Assembly (NCBI GenBank): GCA_963847445.1
Contig: CAWJZV010000025.1
Coordinates: 96,001 to 160,000, forward strand
DNA length: 64,000 bases
Direction: 5' to 3'
From: an uncultured delta proteobacterium
GTDB taxonomy: Bacteria; Desulfobacterota; Binatia; UBA9968
The notes beneath the pieces were generated by a model. That model was not told the origin of the DNA. It made no database searches and saw nothing but the letters and a program-made list of their open reading frames with translations. A program made the translations under genes and the position numbers. Positions 23,435 to 36,973 of this stretch are shown here, in pieces (positions within the stretch are counted from its first letter, which is position 1; every line of letters begins with the position of its first letter).

Positions 23435-24308
23435 ATGGGTGTCGCCCATGTCGCGGCGGGTCCGCCGCTCATGCGCATCGTTCATCCCTCGGATTTCTCG
23501 CGTTTGAGCCAAGTCGCCTTTGCCCATGCGCTCAAGATCGCCTTGCTGGCGAAAGCCGAGCTGGAAATCGTTCATGTGCACGGACACAAGATCGGTAAAG
23601 AGAAAGATGTCCATTGGAGCGATTTTCCCGGTGTCCGGGAGACTTTAGCGCGCTGGCAGGTGGTGCCGCCAAGCGCCACCCGCGAAGAAGTTGATAGTAC
23701 CGGATTGCGCGTACGGAAAATTCTCAACTCGGAGGATGATCCGTTGGAGTCGATGGTGCGTTACTGCGCCGACCATCCGCCTGACCTGCTGGTGTTGGCG
23801 ACTTATCAAAGGGAAGGTCTCAACCGCTGGCTGCACCGGGCGGTGGCCGAGCCGCTGGCGCGCCGTTCGCGCGCCATGACGCTGTTCGTGCCAAGCCATG
23901 GCCGGCAATTTGTTTCACCCGCCAATGGCGCTGTGCAGCTCAGCAAAATTCTTCTGCCGGTGGATCATCAGCCTAACGCGCAGGCGGCAGTGGAGGAGGC
24001 GTTTTTTTCTCGCCGAAGGTTTGGGTTGCCGCGACGTCGAGTTCAAGTTGCTCCATATCGGCACCGACAAAGGTATGCCGACGCTATTTTTGCCGCACCA
24101 GTCCGATTACCGATGGAAAGAACGCTTGGTGAACGGCGATGTGGTGCAGACGATTGAAAGGGAAGCCGAGCAGTGGACCCCGGATTTGATCGTGTTTACG
24201 ACCGAGGGCCATCGGGACTTTCTCGATGCGCTGCGCGGCAGCACCACGGAGCGAGTGCTGCGCGCCGCCCACTGCCCGGTGCTCGCCGTGCCGGCGAAAG
24301 CGAGTTAG
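23435..24308 (+). CDS. Tandem-domain universal stress protein (frameshift in poly-T near 24005)
   Basis: IVHPSDFS..DLLVLAT; second domain ILLPVD..GSTTERVLRAAHCPVLAV. Confidence 0.9.
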
Positions 24309-24339
24309 TGCCGCTGCGGAGATCGCAGGGAATTCGAGG

Positions 24340-24650
24340 TTTCGGCACAGAGCACACAGAGACCACAGAGTAGAAGATTCGGAGCCGGAGAATTGCCGCG
24401 CCTTCGACGGCTCAGGGCGATCGGGACGCATAGAACCTAGCGCGGCACAACGTAACGAAACATTCGCGCCAAGGTAGAGGGCGGGTTGGAAACCCGTGTG
24501 GCTTTTCATTTCCCGCTTGGGATGGTTGCAATCCCTTGCCTTCACGCTAAGCGCAGTGCCGTCATCCCCGTGACAACGAGGATCTAGGGTTTTCGTAGCG
24601 GCGGGGCGCGACCTGCACTTCGCTGGATTGCCGTTCTGCGCGGGAATTAT
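24340..24650. repeat. Intergenic mosaic of short repeats/REP-like elements
   Basis: CACAGAG x3, CCTTCGACGGCTCAGGGCGA, GTAGAGGGCGGGTTGGAAACCCG, GTCATCCCCG...GCGGGAATTATC. Confidence 0.55.
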
Positions 24651-24716
24651 CGGCAAAGAGAAAATCGACCTCGAGTCGACGCAATCAGAATCCCTCGGTT
24701 TATGGCCGACGAATGT

Positions 24717-25835
24717 TCAATGGATCAATTCCAATGCGATGGAGAAGGCGATTAGTAGAACGATCACCCATTCCAATATTTCCATGCGCCGGTTGGAGGC
24801 CTGATCGGAAATCTTTTCGTAGATGCTCTCCAGGGTTTGCAGTTTTCGCAGAATGCTGGTGTCCCACTCGTCCAGGTGAAAACGCCGGTTGATCAAGCGA
24901 TAGACGCGGGCGAGATACTGGTCGCCCAAAAGTTTCAGGGTGTTGTTGACGCCTTCGAAGAGGATCGCATTGTCGACCTGGAGCTCGGCGACGCTGCGCA
25001 GATCGGCGCCGTAATAGCCTAACAGGCGCGGCAGGCTGAACGCGCGCTTTGAAAGCGTATCGTAGGCTTGATCCAGGGCGCGGTCGAGTTTTTGATCGAG
25101 ATAGCGCATTTCCAATAGCTCGACATTGGCATATTCGAGAACCGCGCGGATATCGTCGCCGTCGCGATCGATGAGCAGAGCGGCATTCCAATCGACGATG
25201 GTCAGGTCTTCCATTCCGTAGGAAATCCGCGCGCCGAATGCCTCGGAGACTTCCTGCTCCGACAAGAGCCGCCGTTCGGCGCGCAGAATCCGCGCGATTT
25301 CCTGACCATGCTGGGCATGGAAAAGGTTGAAGTCGATCGCTTCGGCAAAAGACGCGATGTGAAAGACGATATAGTCTTCCACCACCGACGAGAGCCAGGC
25401 TTGCGCCGCTGCGTCGCCGATGACGTGCAGCAACTGACCGACCCGCAGCCGCGAGTCGGCAAGCAAAGGCTCGTTGTCGTAGAGTTCCTCGCTCAGCGTC
25501 AGCAGTTCGCTAAATGGTCCGGCAATGTCGACCGTATAGGTCACCGCCACCGCGCCGAAATCGTAGAACTGGAGATCGACGCTCGGCCGGGTGAGATAAT
25601 TCCCAAGCTTGATTGCTTCGGTATCTTGAGTCAGACGGAGCGGCGCTGGCTGATACTCGAAGTAGCTAGGAGCAGGCCGTTTGTGCCGCAGGGTTGAACG
25701 TTGCGTCGCTTCATGAATGCGTGCTTCTGCCTTATTGAGATCGATGGAACGCGCCGCGTCATAGGCAAAGGTGATGTAACACAAGCCGTTTAGGATATTG
25801 AGTGTTGGACTGGTTTCCGTCGTCGGTGATGTCAC
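24717..25835 (-). CDS. RMD1/DUF155-like protein with C-terminal TM; start approximate
   Basis: DWNAALL..VLEYANVELLEMRYLD..GDQYLARVY..LEWVIVLLIAFSI; the longer 481-aa ORF overlaps ndvB and is an extension. Confidence 0.75.
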   Translation of the reverse strand: MTSPTTETSPTLNILNGLCYITFAYDAARSIDLNKAEARIHEATQRSTLRHKRPAPSYFEYQPAPLRLTQDTEAIKLGNYLTRPSVDLQFYDFGAVAVTYTVDIAGPFSELLTLSEELYDNEPLLADSRLRVGQLLHVIGDAAAQAWLSSVVEDYIVFHIASFAEAIDFNLFHAQHGQEIARILRAERRLLSEQEVSEAFGARISYGMEDLTIVDWNAALLIDRDGDDIRAVLEYANVELLEMRYLDQKLDRALDQAYDTLSKRAFSLPRLLGYYGADLRSVAELQVDNAILFEGVNNTLKLLGDQYLARVYRLINRRFHLDEWDTSILRKLQTLESIYEKISDQASNRRMEILEWVIVLLIAFSIALELIH

Positions 25836-25980
25836 GGCTATGCTCGGATCAAGTTCAAGATTGGCAATCAACTCGCGAATTATCGCCCCGCTCGCAGATT
25901 GGCAAGCGCTATATCTAGTTCCGTTCTCAGCGCGGGCAATTTTGCCATTGGCTTGAGCGGGCCGCCGTTTGCTCGCGTGG

Positions 25981-28900
25981 TCACAGCGGCATCGCAGCTT
26001 GGAGCGCGACTGAGGCACTCTCTGAGCCAAGAACAACCCGTACCAGATGGGTTGCGCCGTCGTCGGCGAGCTGGATGTGCATGCTGCCGCCTGCGAGCGA
26101 TGCGCCATCGAGATCGATGGATAACACCCCGCGCGCAACGCCTTGTGGGTTCTCGACGGCAATTATGTAGCGCGCCGAGTGATAGCAGAATGCGATGTCA
26201 AAGCGCTTCCATGCACGCGGAATACAAGGGTCGAGATAAAGCCTCGTGCCGCGCACCCGAAAGCCGAGGATCCACTCGATGCCGGCCCGATACATCCAAC
26301 CCGCTGATCCGGTGTACCAGGTCCAGCCGCCGCGACCGACATGTGGCGGTTCGGCATAAATATCAGCGGCGACGACATAGGGTTCGACCTTGTACCGGTA
26401 AACGCCAGTGCGGCTGCTGGCATGATTGATCGGGTTCAAGAGCGCGAAAAGCTCGCCGGCCTTATCGCCGTCGCCGAGCGCGGCGAAGGCGAGGACGGAC
26501 CAGATCGCCGCATGGGTATATTGGCCACCGTTTTCGCGCACGCCGGGCAGGTATCCTTTGATGTAACCCGGGTCCGGGCTTGCTTGGTCAAAGGGCGGGG
26601 TAAATAGCAGGACGAGGTCGTCGCCCCGGCGCACGAGGTACTTCTCAACCGCCGCCATGGCGCGCGCGCCGCGAGCCGGTTCAGCGGCGCCGGAGAGAAC
26701 TCCCCAGGATTGGGCGATCGAATCGATGCGGCATTCCGTGTTGGTGGCGGAGCCGAGCGGGCTGCCATCGTCAAAGTAGGCGCGCCGATACCACTCGCCA
26801 TCCCACGCCCTCGCGTTCGAGCGCTGCTTTCAGCGCGCTGACATGCAGCCGCCAGATTTCGGCGCGCCGATGCTCGCCGCGGGCGTCGGCCACCCGGGCA
26901 AATTCCCAGAGTATGGTGTGAAGAAACCAGCCGAGCCAGACGCTCTCGCCTTTGCCCGCAGATCCGACCCGGTTCATCCCGTCGTTCCAATCTCCCGTGC
27001 CGATCAGCGGCAGGCCATGGCTGCCAACCGCTAGACTACGGTCGAGCGCGCGCGCGCAATGCTCGAACAGGGTAGCGCTTTGCGCGGAGACACGCGGCGC
27101 GAAATATGACTCGTCTTGCCCAGCCTCGAGGGTCGGCCCATCAAGGAAGGGAACGACCTCATCGAGGACTGTGATGTCGCCGGTAACTTCAAGGTATTGG
27201 TTGACCGCGTACGGCAGCCATAGAAGATCGTCGGAAATGCGGGTCCGCACACCCCGGCCGGACGGCGGATGCCACCAGTGCTGGACATCACCCTCGACGA
27301 ACTGCCGTGCGGCGGCGCGCAATAACTGCGCCCGCGCGACGTCTCGATTCGCCACCATGAGCGCCATCACGTCTTGCAGCTGATCGCGAAAGCCATAGGC
27401 ACCGCCCGCCTGATAAAACGCCGCGCGCGCCCAGACGCGACAGGCCAGCGTCTGGTAAAGCAGCCAGCGATTGAGCATCAGGTTCATCGCCCGATCAGGG
27501 GTTGTCACCTGGACCGCGCCAAGCAGGTTGTTCCAGCGCTCCATGACCGCGCGCAGGATTCCATCAAGGTCAGCCCCGCGGTAGAGGGCGATCAGCACCC
27601 GCGCTTCTTCCGCGGTCACCGCCTCGCCGAGGAAAAAGTCGATCTCCGCACGGCCACCGGGACGCAACTCCACCGTCGTCTGCAGGGCAGCGCACGGATC
27701 GAGGCCGGCACCGACCTTGCCTGAGAGTCGGTTGCCTCGTTCGAGCGCGATGGGGTGATCGAGGCTGCCATTGCGACCGAGAAACTCCGTCCGATCACTC
27801 GTCCACTCGGTTTGGCGCCCGCTGAGATCGGCAAACGCGACGCGGCCAGCGAACTCGCTGTTCCAAGCGTTGCGCGCGAGCATGGCCCCTGTTTCCATGT
27901 CGATCTCGGTGACAATAAAAGGCGCGGAGGCGCTCCGCGAAACGCCAAGCACCCACTCGACATACGCGGTCACCGAGAGACGCCTGGATCGACCCGAGTG
28001 ATTCTCGATAGTGAGGCGGGAGATTTTGATTGGGTCCGCCAGCGGTACGAACTGCAAGAGGTCGAGCGAGACCCCATGTGACAGGTGCTCGAAGCGGCTG
28101 TAGCCCTGGCCGTGTCGGGCGGTGTAGGGCGAAGTCTCCTCGCGGATCGGCAGCACCGTCGGGCTCCACAACTCGCCAGTGTCTTCGTCCCGCACGTAGA
28201 TCGTCTCGCCTGGCGGGTCGCTGACCGGGTCATTGGACCACGGCGTGAGCTGGTTCTCACGGCTGTTTAGCGACCAGGTGTAACCCGAACCCGATTCAGA
28301 GACCTGAAAGCCAAAGGTAGGGTTCGCGATCACGTTAATCCAGGGCGCCGGCGTCCATTGCCCCGCGCCGAGAATCGTCACGTATTCACGGCCGTCGGCG
28401 CTGAAGCCGCCGAGGCCGTTGAAGAACTCCAGATCCGGCCGCGGCGGCAAGACTTCCAATGGCTTAGTCGCCGGCGGACGTCGTTGCAGCGCAAGCGCAG
28501 GGGCTTGGGATCGTTGCTGACGTTCTACCTGCTCGGCCAGGGTACCGCGGCGGCTCAAGAGCACAGCTCGCGCCGCGGTCTGGAGTAGCGTGCGATCCTC
28601 AGCCGAAATTAGATCTCCTCGAGAATAAAAACGCGGCCCGACGGTTCCGGCCCATCGTGCGGCAAACGTGACTGGCTAGCCCGGAGCTGGCTCTCCAACA
28701 GGCCCTGGAGATCTTGGGCGTAGGATGGGGCCTGTTCGTTCAGAATAACCAGATCGACCGCTAATTGCTTCATGCGCCAGTATTCGTGGGCGCGGAGCAG
28801 CTGACGTACGATACCCTGGTCCTCAGCCTCATCGATGCGCACGAGGACAATTGGCAGATCGCCGGAAATTCCGTGCCGCCATAGTGCCGCGGGGCCGCGA

Positions 28901-31900
28901 GTATTACCGCGTGAGCACCGCAGATGATCGGCCGCAGTGCAGGGTCGGAGTACAGGATACGGCTGGCGAGATCCTGGAAGAGATGGGCCTCATCGGCGTC
29001 GATGCCGAGATGGCGCAGCTGCACCTGGGCCTGCGTCCACGCCAGTGTGGCGGCGCGCTCAAATGTTGCTGGATTGTTGTACTCGTCGGCCAGGTCGAGC
29101 GCCTCGTCGCGCGATTGCGCGATCAGCGTCGAGAAGGTGACCCGCGCGGAGGCGCCCGGCGCGAGCCGTGACACAGCGCCGGAGACTGAAGATCGGGTCG
29201 AGCACCGCGCCGACCGTGTTGGAGAGCGGGTGGCCATCAATGACCGACATCGGCGTTCGGATGCCGCGCCCGCGACCGAGAAACCGGGCGCGGTCGGTCT
29301 CGTATTCCATGTCGCCGACGGTTTCCCCTTCGGCGACGATGACGTGCGCCGCCCATACTTGCGGCTCGCTCGGTGACCGTGGCCGGCGTGTCGCGAGCAG
29401 GGCGCCGAGTTCGGCAGCAAATTCCGTCTGCACGAACAGATTGGAAAACGCCGGGTGAGCGGCATCGGCTGCCGGCGTCGCCAGGACGATTTCGGCGTAC
29501 GATGTCAGCTCGATCTCTCGGCTTCGCGCTCCGAGATTGGTGATCGACACCCGGCGCACTTCCGCGTCGTGCTCCGGCGAGACGACGATTTCAAGGGTGG
29601 TCGCGATCGCGCCATCGCGCCGCCGGATCTCTACGCGATCTTCGGAAAAAGCCACTTCATAGGTGTCCGGTTCGACGCCGCTCGGTTGGTATGCAGCCGA
29701 CCAGACCTGGCCGCTGTGCCGGTCGCGAAGAAAAAAGTATGTCCCCCAGGCGTCACGCGTGCGGTCCTCGCGCCACCGTGTGACGGCAAGGTCGCGCCAC
29801 CGGCTGTATCCGGAGCCCGCCGTCGTCACCATCACCGCGTATCGCCCATTCGAGAGCAGGTGGGTGGCGGGAGTCAGGTCGTGTGGAGAAGTGAAGCGAC
29901 GCAGGAGCGGTGGCACGAGATCGCGGACGTTGGCGACCGCCCGCACCTCCTCGACTCTGGGCCGGGTGACCAAGACGTCCCGCGGCGTCCGTTCCTGCAA
30001 GCAGCAGCTCGGTGGCTTGCATGCGCGGCTCGGCGTGAAAGCGCGCGCGCATCACGCCATCATGGAGGACATTTGCGAGCGCCACGAGCGACATCCCCTG
30101 GTGATGCGCCATATAGGCGTGCACGACGGCCACGGCTTGGTTCTCGGGCAGGCGCGTGGCGGTGTAATCGAGCGCTTCGTAAAAGCCATAGCGGCCGCTC
30201 GCGCCGGCCTCGGCAAGACGCGCGAAATTCTCTGCCGCCGACTTCGGGTCAATCATCGCCGCCAGCGCCGTCGCGTAGGGCGCGATGACCACGTCTTCAC
30301 TCAGCCCGCGTTTGAGCCCCAGGCCCGGAACGCCAAAATTCGAGTACTGGTAGGTGAGCTCCAGATCGCGTGCGTTGTAGGCCGATTCTGATACTCCCCA
30401 CGGCACGCCACGCTCGTTGCCATAATTTCTCTGACGGCGGACGACGAGAGCGCAGGTCTGGCCTAACAGACTGCCCGACGGCGAATGCATGACGAGCATG
30501 GGCATGAGGTACTCGAACATCGAGCCGGACCAGGAGACCAGCGCAGATCCCCGATCCACGGGCGTCAAAGCGCGACCAAGGTGAAACCAATGGGTCGGCG
30601 GGACGTCACCCTTGGCAATGGCAATAAAGCTTGCGAGGCGCGCCTCAGACGCCAGCAGATCGTAACAACTCGGGTCGAGGCTGTTATCGGCAACGCGGTA
30701 GCCGATCGAGAAGAGCTTGCGGGTCGGGTCGAAGAGAAAGCCAAACTCCATCGCGTCGAACATCGTTTTCGTGTGCGTTACGAGCGTCCAAGGCGGCGGA
30801 GCAACGCTTCGGCTGCTGCGGTCGAGCGCTTGAGGCATCTCAATGACAGTATCGATTCGCGCAAGGGAGTCCCTCGCTGCGGCGCTATCGGACGCCAAGC
30901 GTTCGCGCGCAGCTTCGTCAGTTCGCCTATGACGGTCTCGCACCATTCCGGCGTGTCGGACAGGGTTGGAAACGATGGAAACAAGCGCGATCCCGTCGAA
31001 CCCAACTCTTGTTCGGGAATCGTCGGGCGATTGCTCGGAGTCATTGCCAAAGACCAGCCGCGCCCAGGGAATTGCCGCGTCGAGATCGCGCGCATGACTT
31101 TCGATGGCCACTCGCACAGCTTCCGCCCAGGCGACCAACTCCGCCTCGGCGCTGTCGCCTCGTTCCGCGGTCAGCGTGCGCGCAATGTCCGCCATCGTAT
31201 GAGCCCGGGCCTCGAGCTCAGTGAGGCATGTGACCCATTCGCCTGGAGTCATAGGGACCGGTTCTAGAGCGGCGGTCAGGGCATCGAGCGCCTCATCCAA
31301 GTGTTTGCGGGTGACCGTTTGGGTGCGCCGGTCGTCAACGACTGCGCGTGCCGATTGGCGCAGGAGTAAGATGGCATCGGCGATCCCCGAGAGCGCACGC
31401 GGGCCGAGCAGCGGGCGCTCGATGATCTCTTGGCACGCCTGTCCGAGCGCGATGAGGTGACCGGCGAGGTTGCCACTATCGACCGAGGATATGTATTTGG
31501 GTTCAAGCGGACGCAGGTCACGGGTATCATACCAGTTATAGAAGTGACCGCGAAAACGCTCGAGGTCGTTCATGGTGCCGAGGGTCGCTTCGAGCCGCTC
31601 GATGGCCGCCACCGTGCCGATCCAGCCGAAATCGTGCGCCGCGATGATCGAGAGCAGATACAGCCCGAGGTTGGTCGGCGAGGTGCGGTGGGCCACGACC
31701 GGCAGTCGGTTCTTCCTGAAAATTGTCGGGAGGAAGCGCGTGGTCTTGCGGGCTGACAAAGGTTTCGAAGAATCGCCAGGTCCGCCGCGCGGTCAAGCGC
31801 AGCGTACGGAGGTCATCCTGCCGAGAGCGGCTGAGCCGCAGCTGCGCGCGGTGGCAGGCTGATCCAATAAGCCACCATCGGGCGACAGCGCCCAGAGAAG

Positions 31901-34865
31901 AGCGAAGGGCGCCGCAATCGGCCAGACTTCCGGCGGTTGGAGGGCAACAAGGATGGCTACCAAAGCAGCGAGGGCTACGGTGCCGTTCATGCGGCGATAG
32001 AAGCTGACAAGGCTGAGGTCCAAACCGGACTGCGCTTGCGCTGCCGTCACCCATTCAAGCAGCTTTCGGCGGGTCACATAGACGCGCCAGAGAGTCCGGA
32101 TGATCGCGTCGGTCATCAACCATGCCTGGTCGGCAAGTAATGTGACCGTGAGTCCGACATGCGAAGCGGCAAGCACTAGATCCGTGCCCACCGCCCGTGC
32201 GTGGCTGCGTTTTGAAATTCCGCGGCGATGCGGGATCAGCCCAGTCAAGACCGGACAATAGGGGAGGGATGGCGATGCAGGCGAGCACGAATGTGGTCCA
32301 GATCACCGGCGAAGCGAACGGCAGCGTCCAACCGGCAATCAAGGTCACAAGGGCGGCCGGGGCCGACAGCGTGCGGCGGAGATTATCGAGCATCTTCCAG
32401 CGGCCGATCAGCGGAATCGAGGTACGGACCCGACCGCGGCCCATGTCCGGTGCGTGTCCTATGATCCACGGCAGCAACTGCCAGTCACCGCGCGCCCAGC
32501 GGTGCTGGCGGACCACGGCGACCTCGTAGTGCGCGGGAAACTCCTCGAAGAACTCGATATCGGTGACCAGTCCCGCCCGCGCAAAGATGCCTTCAAAGAG
32601 GTCATGACTTAATAAAGCATTCTCCGGCACCCTGCCGGCGAGGGCGGCCTCAAATGCATCGACGTCGTAGATCCCCTTGCCGATGTAAGAACCTTCGCCG
32701 AAAAGATCCTGATAAACGTCGGAGACGGCCGCGGCGTACGGGTCAATGCCAGCCGGCCCCGAGGAGATCCTCTGAAAAAGTGAACCCTCGCGATCGGTCG
32801 GGAGGGTCGGCGTGACGCGCGGTTGAAGCAAGGCGTAGCCCTCAACGACCCGGCCGACAAGAGGGTCAAACCGAGGCCGATTGAGGGGATGCGCCATTGT
32901 GCCGACCAATCGGCAAGCGGCCCCCCTTGGCAACCGCGTGTCGGCATCCAGGGTGATGACGTAGCGGACGCCGGAAGGAACGATAGGCGCTCGACCGTCC
33001 GCTGACACAAAGGTGGTATCCGTGGCGCCGCGCAACAAGCGATTCAGTTCATGAAGTTTGCCGCGTTTGCGCTCCCAGCCGATCCACTTGCGCTCGCTCT
33101 CGTTCCAGCCGCGCCGGCGGTGGAAAACGAAAAATCGCTCGTTCCCATCCGGCGCGGGCCCATGGCGTCGGTTCAACCGCGCGATGCCGTCGATGGTCGC
33201 GGCCAGCAGTTCGTCGTCTCCCGGCATGTTTTCCTGAGGCGCGTCTGTCCAGTCGGAAAGCAGCGCGAAACGAAGATCGCCATCTGAATTCGCCAGATAG
33301 TGCACTTCCAGCCGCTCGATCTGCTCGGCAATCTGGGCCTGACCGGTCAGGAGCGTCGGGACGACGACCAGGGTCCGCAGATCCGCTGGCACACCATCAC
33401 GGAGCGCGAGCCTCGGCAGCGCCCGCGGCCCAAGCATCTCCGTGACCTCACGATTGACTAGTGCGATCGCCAGATCCGACGCCGGGATGAGAGCAAGAAG
33501 CGCGAGTAAAAAGCACACCCACGACTCCACCTTCGGCTGCGCCGGAATTGAACAGGAACAAACCGAGGATAACAGCGCTGACAATCGCGATAGTTCCAAG
33601 GTAGCGAGGCGTCGCTTGAGTCACATAAGCGCGGCGAAGCCAAGTTTTGACCGGCATGCGAAAGCCGAGTTCCTGTTCGAAGGCGACACGCCCGTTGGCG
33701 ATCAGATAATAGCCGGGATCCGCGCGGCGGTCCGCAGCTGGGTCGCTGGCCCCTGGCGCTTCGACCCTGGACCTGTTTCGCTTGAAAAACCGCCCGCCGG
33801 GCAACTTCACGCTCATCGTGCGGTGAGCGCCGCGAGAGTTCCTCGATGGCACGCCGGTAACGATCTCGGGTCGCGAAGTCCGGCGCGGCAAAGCCGGTGT
33901 CGGCCCAGAGGATTGCGTCGACAAGACTGACGCTCTCGAAGAATTCCGCCCAGTCGAAGGCGGAAATCACGCGCATGCTGGTGATCACGTTGCGCACGGT
34001 CACGTTCATCGCCGCCTGCCGCTGGTGCTCGACCCGGACAATCTCATCGGCCGTTGTGCCCTGAGCTGCCAGGCGTTCCTCAATCCAGCGAAGAGCCGGC
34101 GTGACCACCGGATCCTGGTCGCGCAAGCGCTGGACGAGCTGCACGATGAAGGACGCCGCCAACGGGGCTCCCTCGAACTGCCGCAGGACCGTCGCCGCGG
34201 GCTCGATTGATCGTCCGCCAAGTCCGAGCAGGCGGTCGGCCACCGCGTCAGCCTCCTGGCGTGCCGCTCGGTCATGCGACGATGCGCTCCGCCAGGCGGC
34301 GGAGATTCTCCACGAGCACCACCCGCAAGGTGATCGCGACCGCCCAGAGCTCGCCGATCGTCAACGGCTGCACGCGCTGGTAAGCGCGCACGAACCGACG
34401 AAGCATTTCGGGGTCAAACCGGCTGTCGGTATGGGCGACGAATGCCCAGGCCAGCCCATAGACGCGCGGATACCCCTGGAGTGGACCCTCGGCCAGCTTA
34501 GGCAGTTCTCGGTAATAGCCGGATGGCAGGTCGTCATGGATCTCGCGCAGCTGTTCGTCGACGATGTGATAATTGTCGACCAGCCATTCCGCCGCAGGTG
34601 TGATGGCGCGCTCATCCGGATCGCCTGGGCAATCGCATCGATACGATTCGAGCAGCACCCGCCCGTTGTCCAGCACGCGCGGCAACAGCGGACGACCTTT
34701 GCGCGGCGTGGTCGTGACACGCTGGGCGGCGGCAAGGCTTTCAGCGTGCTGCTCAAGACGCTCGGCGCTGAAGAGTTCAGCCCGAATCGGTTCTTCGAGC
34801 TGCGAAAGAACAACGGCGTCTGAAAGGAGCTTTCGTCGCAGGTTTTGCAGAAATAGTGTTTTCAA
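25981..34865 (-). CDS. ndvB: Cyclic beta-1,2-glucan synthase (Cgs/NdvB; GT84 + glucanase-like + GH94 domains; many frameshifts)
   Basis: PIRAELFSAERL, WERKRGKL, LDADT, SHDLFEG, RQHRWARGDWQ, SWSGSMFEYLMP, YQAGGAYGFRDQLQD, GTGDWNDG, RENGGQYTHAA, in order across ~9 ORF pieces. Confidence 0.95.
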
Positions 34866-35052
34866 TCCATATACCTCACGGTCATCCTGGCTGGCTCGGG
34901 CTCATTCACAGGCTATCAAGTTCAGCCGTCAGGCGGAACAAGTAGAGGCGGAAACGTTGAACCTAAAAATGCACGAAAGTTTTGACGCTAGTATTGTCAA
35001 TGACGGATTGGCGCAGCACGGCGCTGGGGTGGTCTGGTATTTGGGTCAGGAT

Positions 35053-35598
35053 TTACTCTCGTGCTAACACTTTTAATAGCAGCTTCACATCATTGATTTC
35101 CTTAGTGGTGACCTCGCCCGAGGTAAAAAATCTAATACTTCCACCCTTATCTATGATGACGATGTTGCTCACGTCGGCTTTCATCTTGTAGTCGGAGGAC
35201 ATCTTGCCGTCCCAGTCACAGTAAATGGCCATGCCCTCTTTCTTAGAGTGTTCCCTGAGTTTGTGTTTCCATAACCCGCGGAAGGGCCAGAATGCCTCCG
35301 AACAATCGATAATGGGGAGTCTTACCAGGATGCTTTTTAGCGCGTCCGTTTGCTCGGAATACATTTTATTTAGTTCATTCTTCAGTCTCTTATTGGCGTC
35401 GACAATGTCTTTGTTCTCATAGAATATCGCAGTGACTTTGCCCTTGAGCATGTCTAAGGTCAGTTCCTGGTCATCGCCAGATTGAACTCTAAAGTGGGGC
35501 GCTGCGGAGCCTATCAAGCCGCTGGCTGCTAGAGCTGAACTTTGGAAAACTGGCAGGCTGAGCAGAGCGACCACAAGTATGAGATTCTTTGCGAACAT
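35053..35598 (-). CDS. Exported YtfJ-like/thioredoxin-fold protein
   Basis: Signal peptide; AP.F......TLDMLKGKV..IYCDWDG..IVIIDKGG redoxin-like pattern without CxxC. Confidence 0.65.
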   Translation of the reverse strand: MFAKNLILVVALLSLPVFQSSALAASGLIGSAAPHFRVQSGDDQELTLDMLKGKVTAIFYENKDIVDANKRLKNELNKMYSEQTDALKSILVRLPIIDCSEAFWPFRGLWKHKLREHSKKEGMAIYCDWDGKMSSDYKMKADVSNIVIIDKGGSIRFFTSGEVTTKEINDVKLLLKVLARE

Positions 35599-35808
35599 TT
35601 TCTGGCCTGACTATTGTTCTTCAAATAATCCCTCGGATTGCGTTGTTTTATAACCTGCTCGCGGCTGGTCTGGGTGATGCCCGGGCGAGCAAGAGCCACG
35701 ACCGGGAGAAAAATCAGCGCATCCCAACGAGGGTTATGGGATTGATACGCGCAAGGACTGCTTCTTTCGTTTTCGACCACGAGTCACGAACACGAACAAC
35801 TGCGCCAT

Positions 35809-36480
35809 CTATGGCGATTTCCGCAAAGCGGCGATTCTTTCCTCTGTCGCCGGGTGAGTGGACAAGAAACCACCACCACTGTCGCCTCCTGCGGTCTTCG
35901 TCAGCCATGTCAGCGTGTCGATCATTACCTCTTTGGAATATCCGGCCCGGCGCAAGATCTCGACACCGTGACGGTCCGCTTCGAGTTCCTCTGAGCGGCT
36001 GTAGCTATTTGCAATCAGCGCTCCCGCGATCGGCGTCACCACGCTGCTGCCCGGAAAAAACTGTTCGAGCAGAATCACGCCAATATTGATACCCGTGCCC
36101 AAAGTCTGTGCTCTGGCCACATGGCCAAGATCGTCGTGAGCAATCTCGTGTGCCAGCACCCCTCTAAGGTGCTCATCGTTGGCCTTTTGCAGAAGACCGG
36201 TCGTCACTTGAAACTCGCCACCGCCGGCATTGGCCGCGTTGATGTTGGGATCGTCAAGAACACGGACGCGGATCTCGTTTAAACGGCGCGGGTTATTGGT
36301 CGCGCGCATTAGCGGCATCATGATCCGCTGCACTCGCTCGGTCTGCCTCGCATCAAGCGGTCGGCTGCTCGCAGTGGGACGGCCTCCCTGCGGCGCGGGC
36401 CGGCGAGACGAAGTCTCCAGGGCGCAGCCGGCGGGCAATCCGACCAAGATCAAAATGGCTATAGTCCGAAGGCATCTCAT
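35809..36480 (-). CDS. M48-family Zn metalloprotease lipoprotein
   Basis: Lipobox PAGC; INAAN; HEIAH; YSRSEELEAD; FLSTHP. Confidence 0.92.
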   Translation of the reverse strand: MRCLRTIAILILVGLPAGCALETSSRRPAPQGGRPTASSRPLDARQTERVQRIMMPLMRATNNPRRLNEIRVRVLDDPNINAANAGGGEFQVTTGLLQKANDEHLRGVLAHEIAHDDLGHVARAQTLGTGINIGVILLEQFFPGSSVVTPIAGALIANSYSRSEELEADRHGVEILRRAGYSKEVMIDTLTWLTKTAGGDSGGGFLSTHPATEERIAALRKSP

Positions 36481-36705
36481 GGTTTTTCCCCTCGTCGTCG
36501 GCTCAAGCCGCGCCGATGATCAATCCGTTATCGGTTGTCGCGCAGGAAAGTAGGGATCTCAAATCGTTGTCGATCGAGAAATCTCCCCTCGACTCGGACT
36601 TAATCGCCATCCCGAAGCGCGCGGAACGATCCACCGCGCCTTTGGTAAGGCTTTTTGCGACCTGATTGTCGGTGTCAACGGCTGGCCGTACCAGGCTGAA
36701 CACAC

Positions 36706-36855
36706 TCAGATTCGGCCCAGCAGGAACAGAATCAGGACGATAATCAATATCGTCCCGACAATGCCCGAGGGACCGTAGCCATACGAGTGATAGCCCCAGT
36801 TAGGCAGACCGCCAAACAGGAGCAGAATCAAGACGATCAACAATATTAGTCCCAT
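36706..36855 (-). CDS. DUF3309-family small membrane protein (49 aa)
   Basis: MGLILLIVLILLLFGGLPNWGYHSYGYGPSGIVGTILIIVLILFLLGRI; AGGAG RBS; absent from ORF track. Confidence 0.88.
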   Translation of the reverse strand: MGLILLIVLILLLFGGLPNWGYHSYGYGPSGIVGTILIIVLILFLLGRI

Positions 36856-36973
36856 AATAAGCTAGCTCCTTTTTGATTCGATTTGACGTTCGGCTAGTTT
36901 GGCAAAGAGCCTGGGTCTAATAATTGGACGGGGCTGAACCGCGGGCGGCTGACCTGCTCCTAGATATTTCTCT

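Noticed and set aside
25836-26162. N-terminal extension of the 481-aa ORF 24717..26162
   Set aside because: Overlaps the ndvB 3' end in another frame and is non-protein-like; the real start is near 25835
25899-34823. Long plus-strand ORFs opposite ndvB (and opposite MCP/cheA genes)
   Set aside because: Antisense shadows of high-GC coding sequence with no motifs
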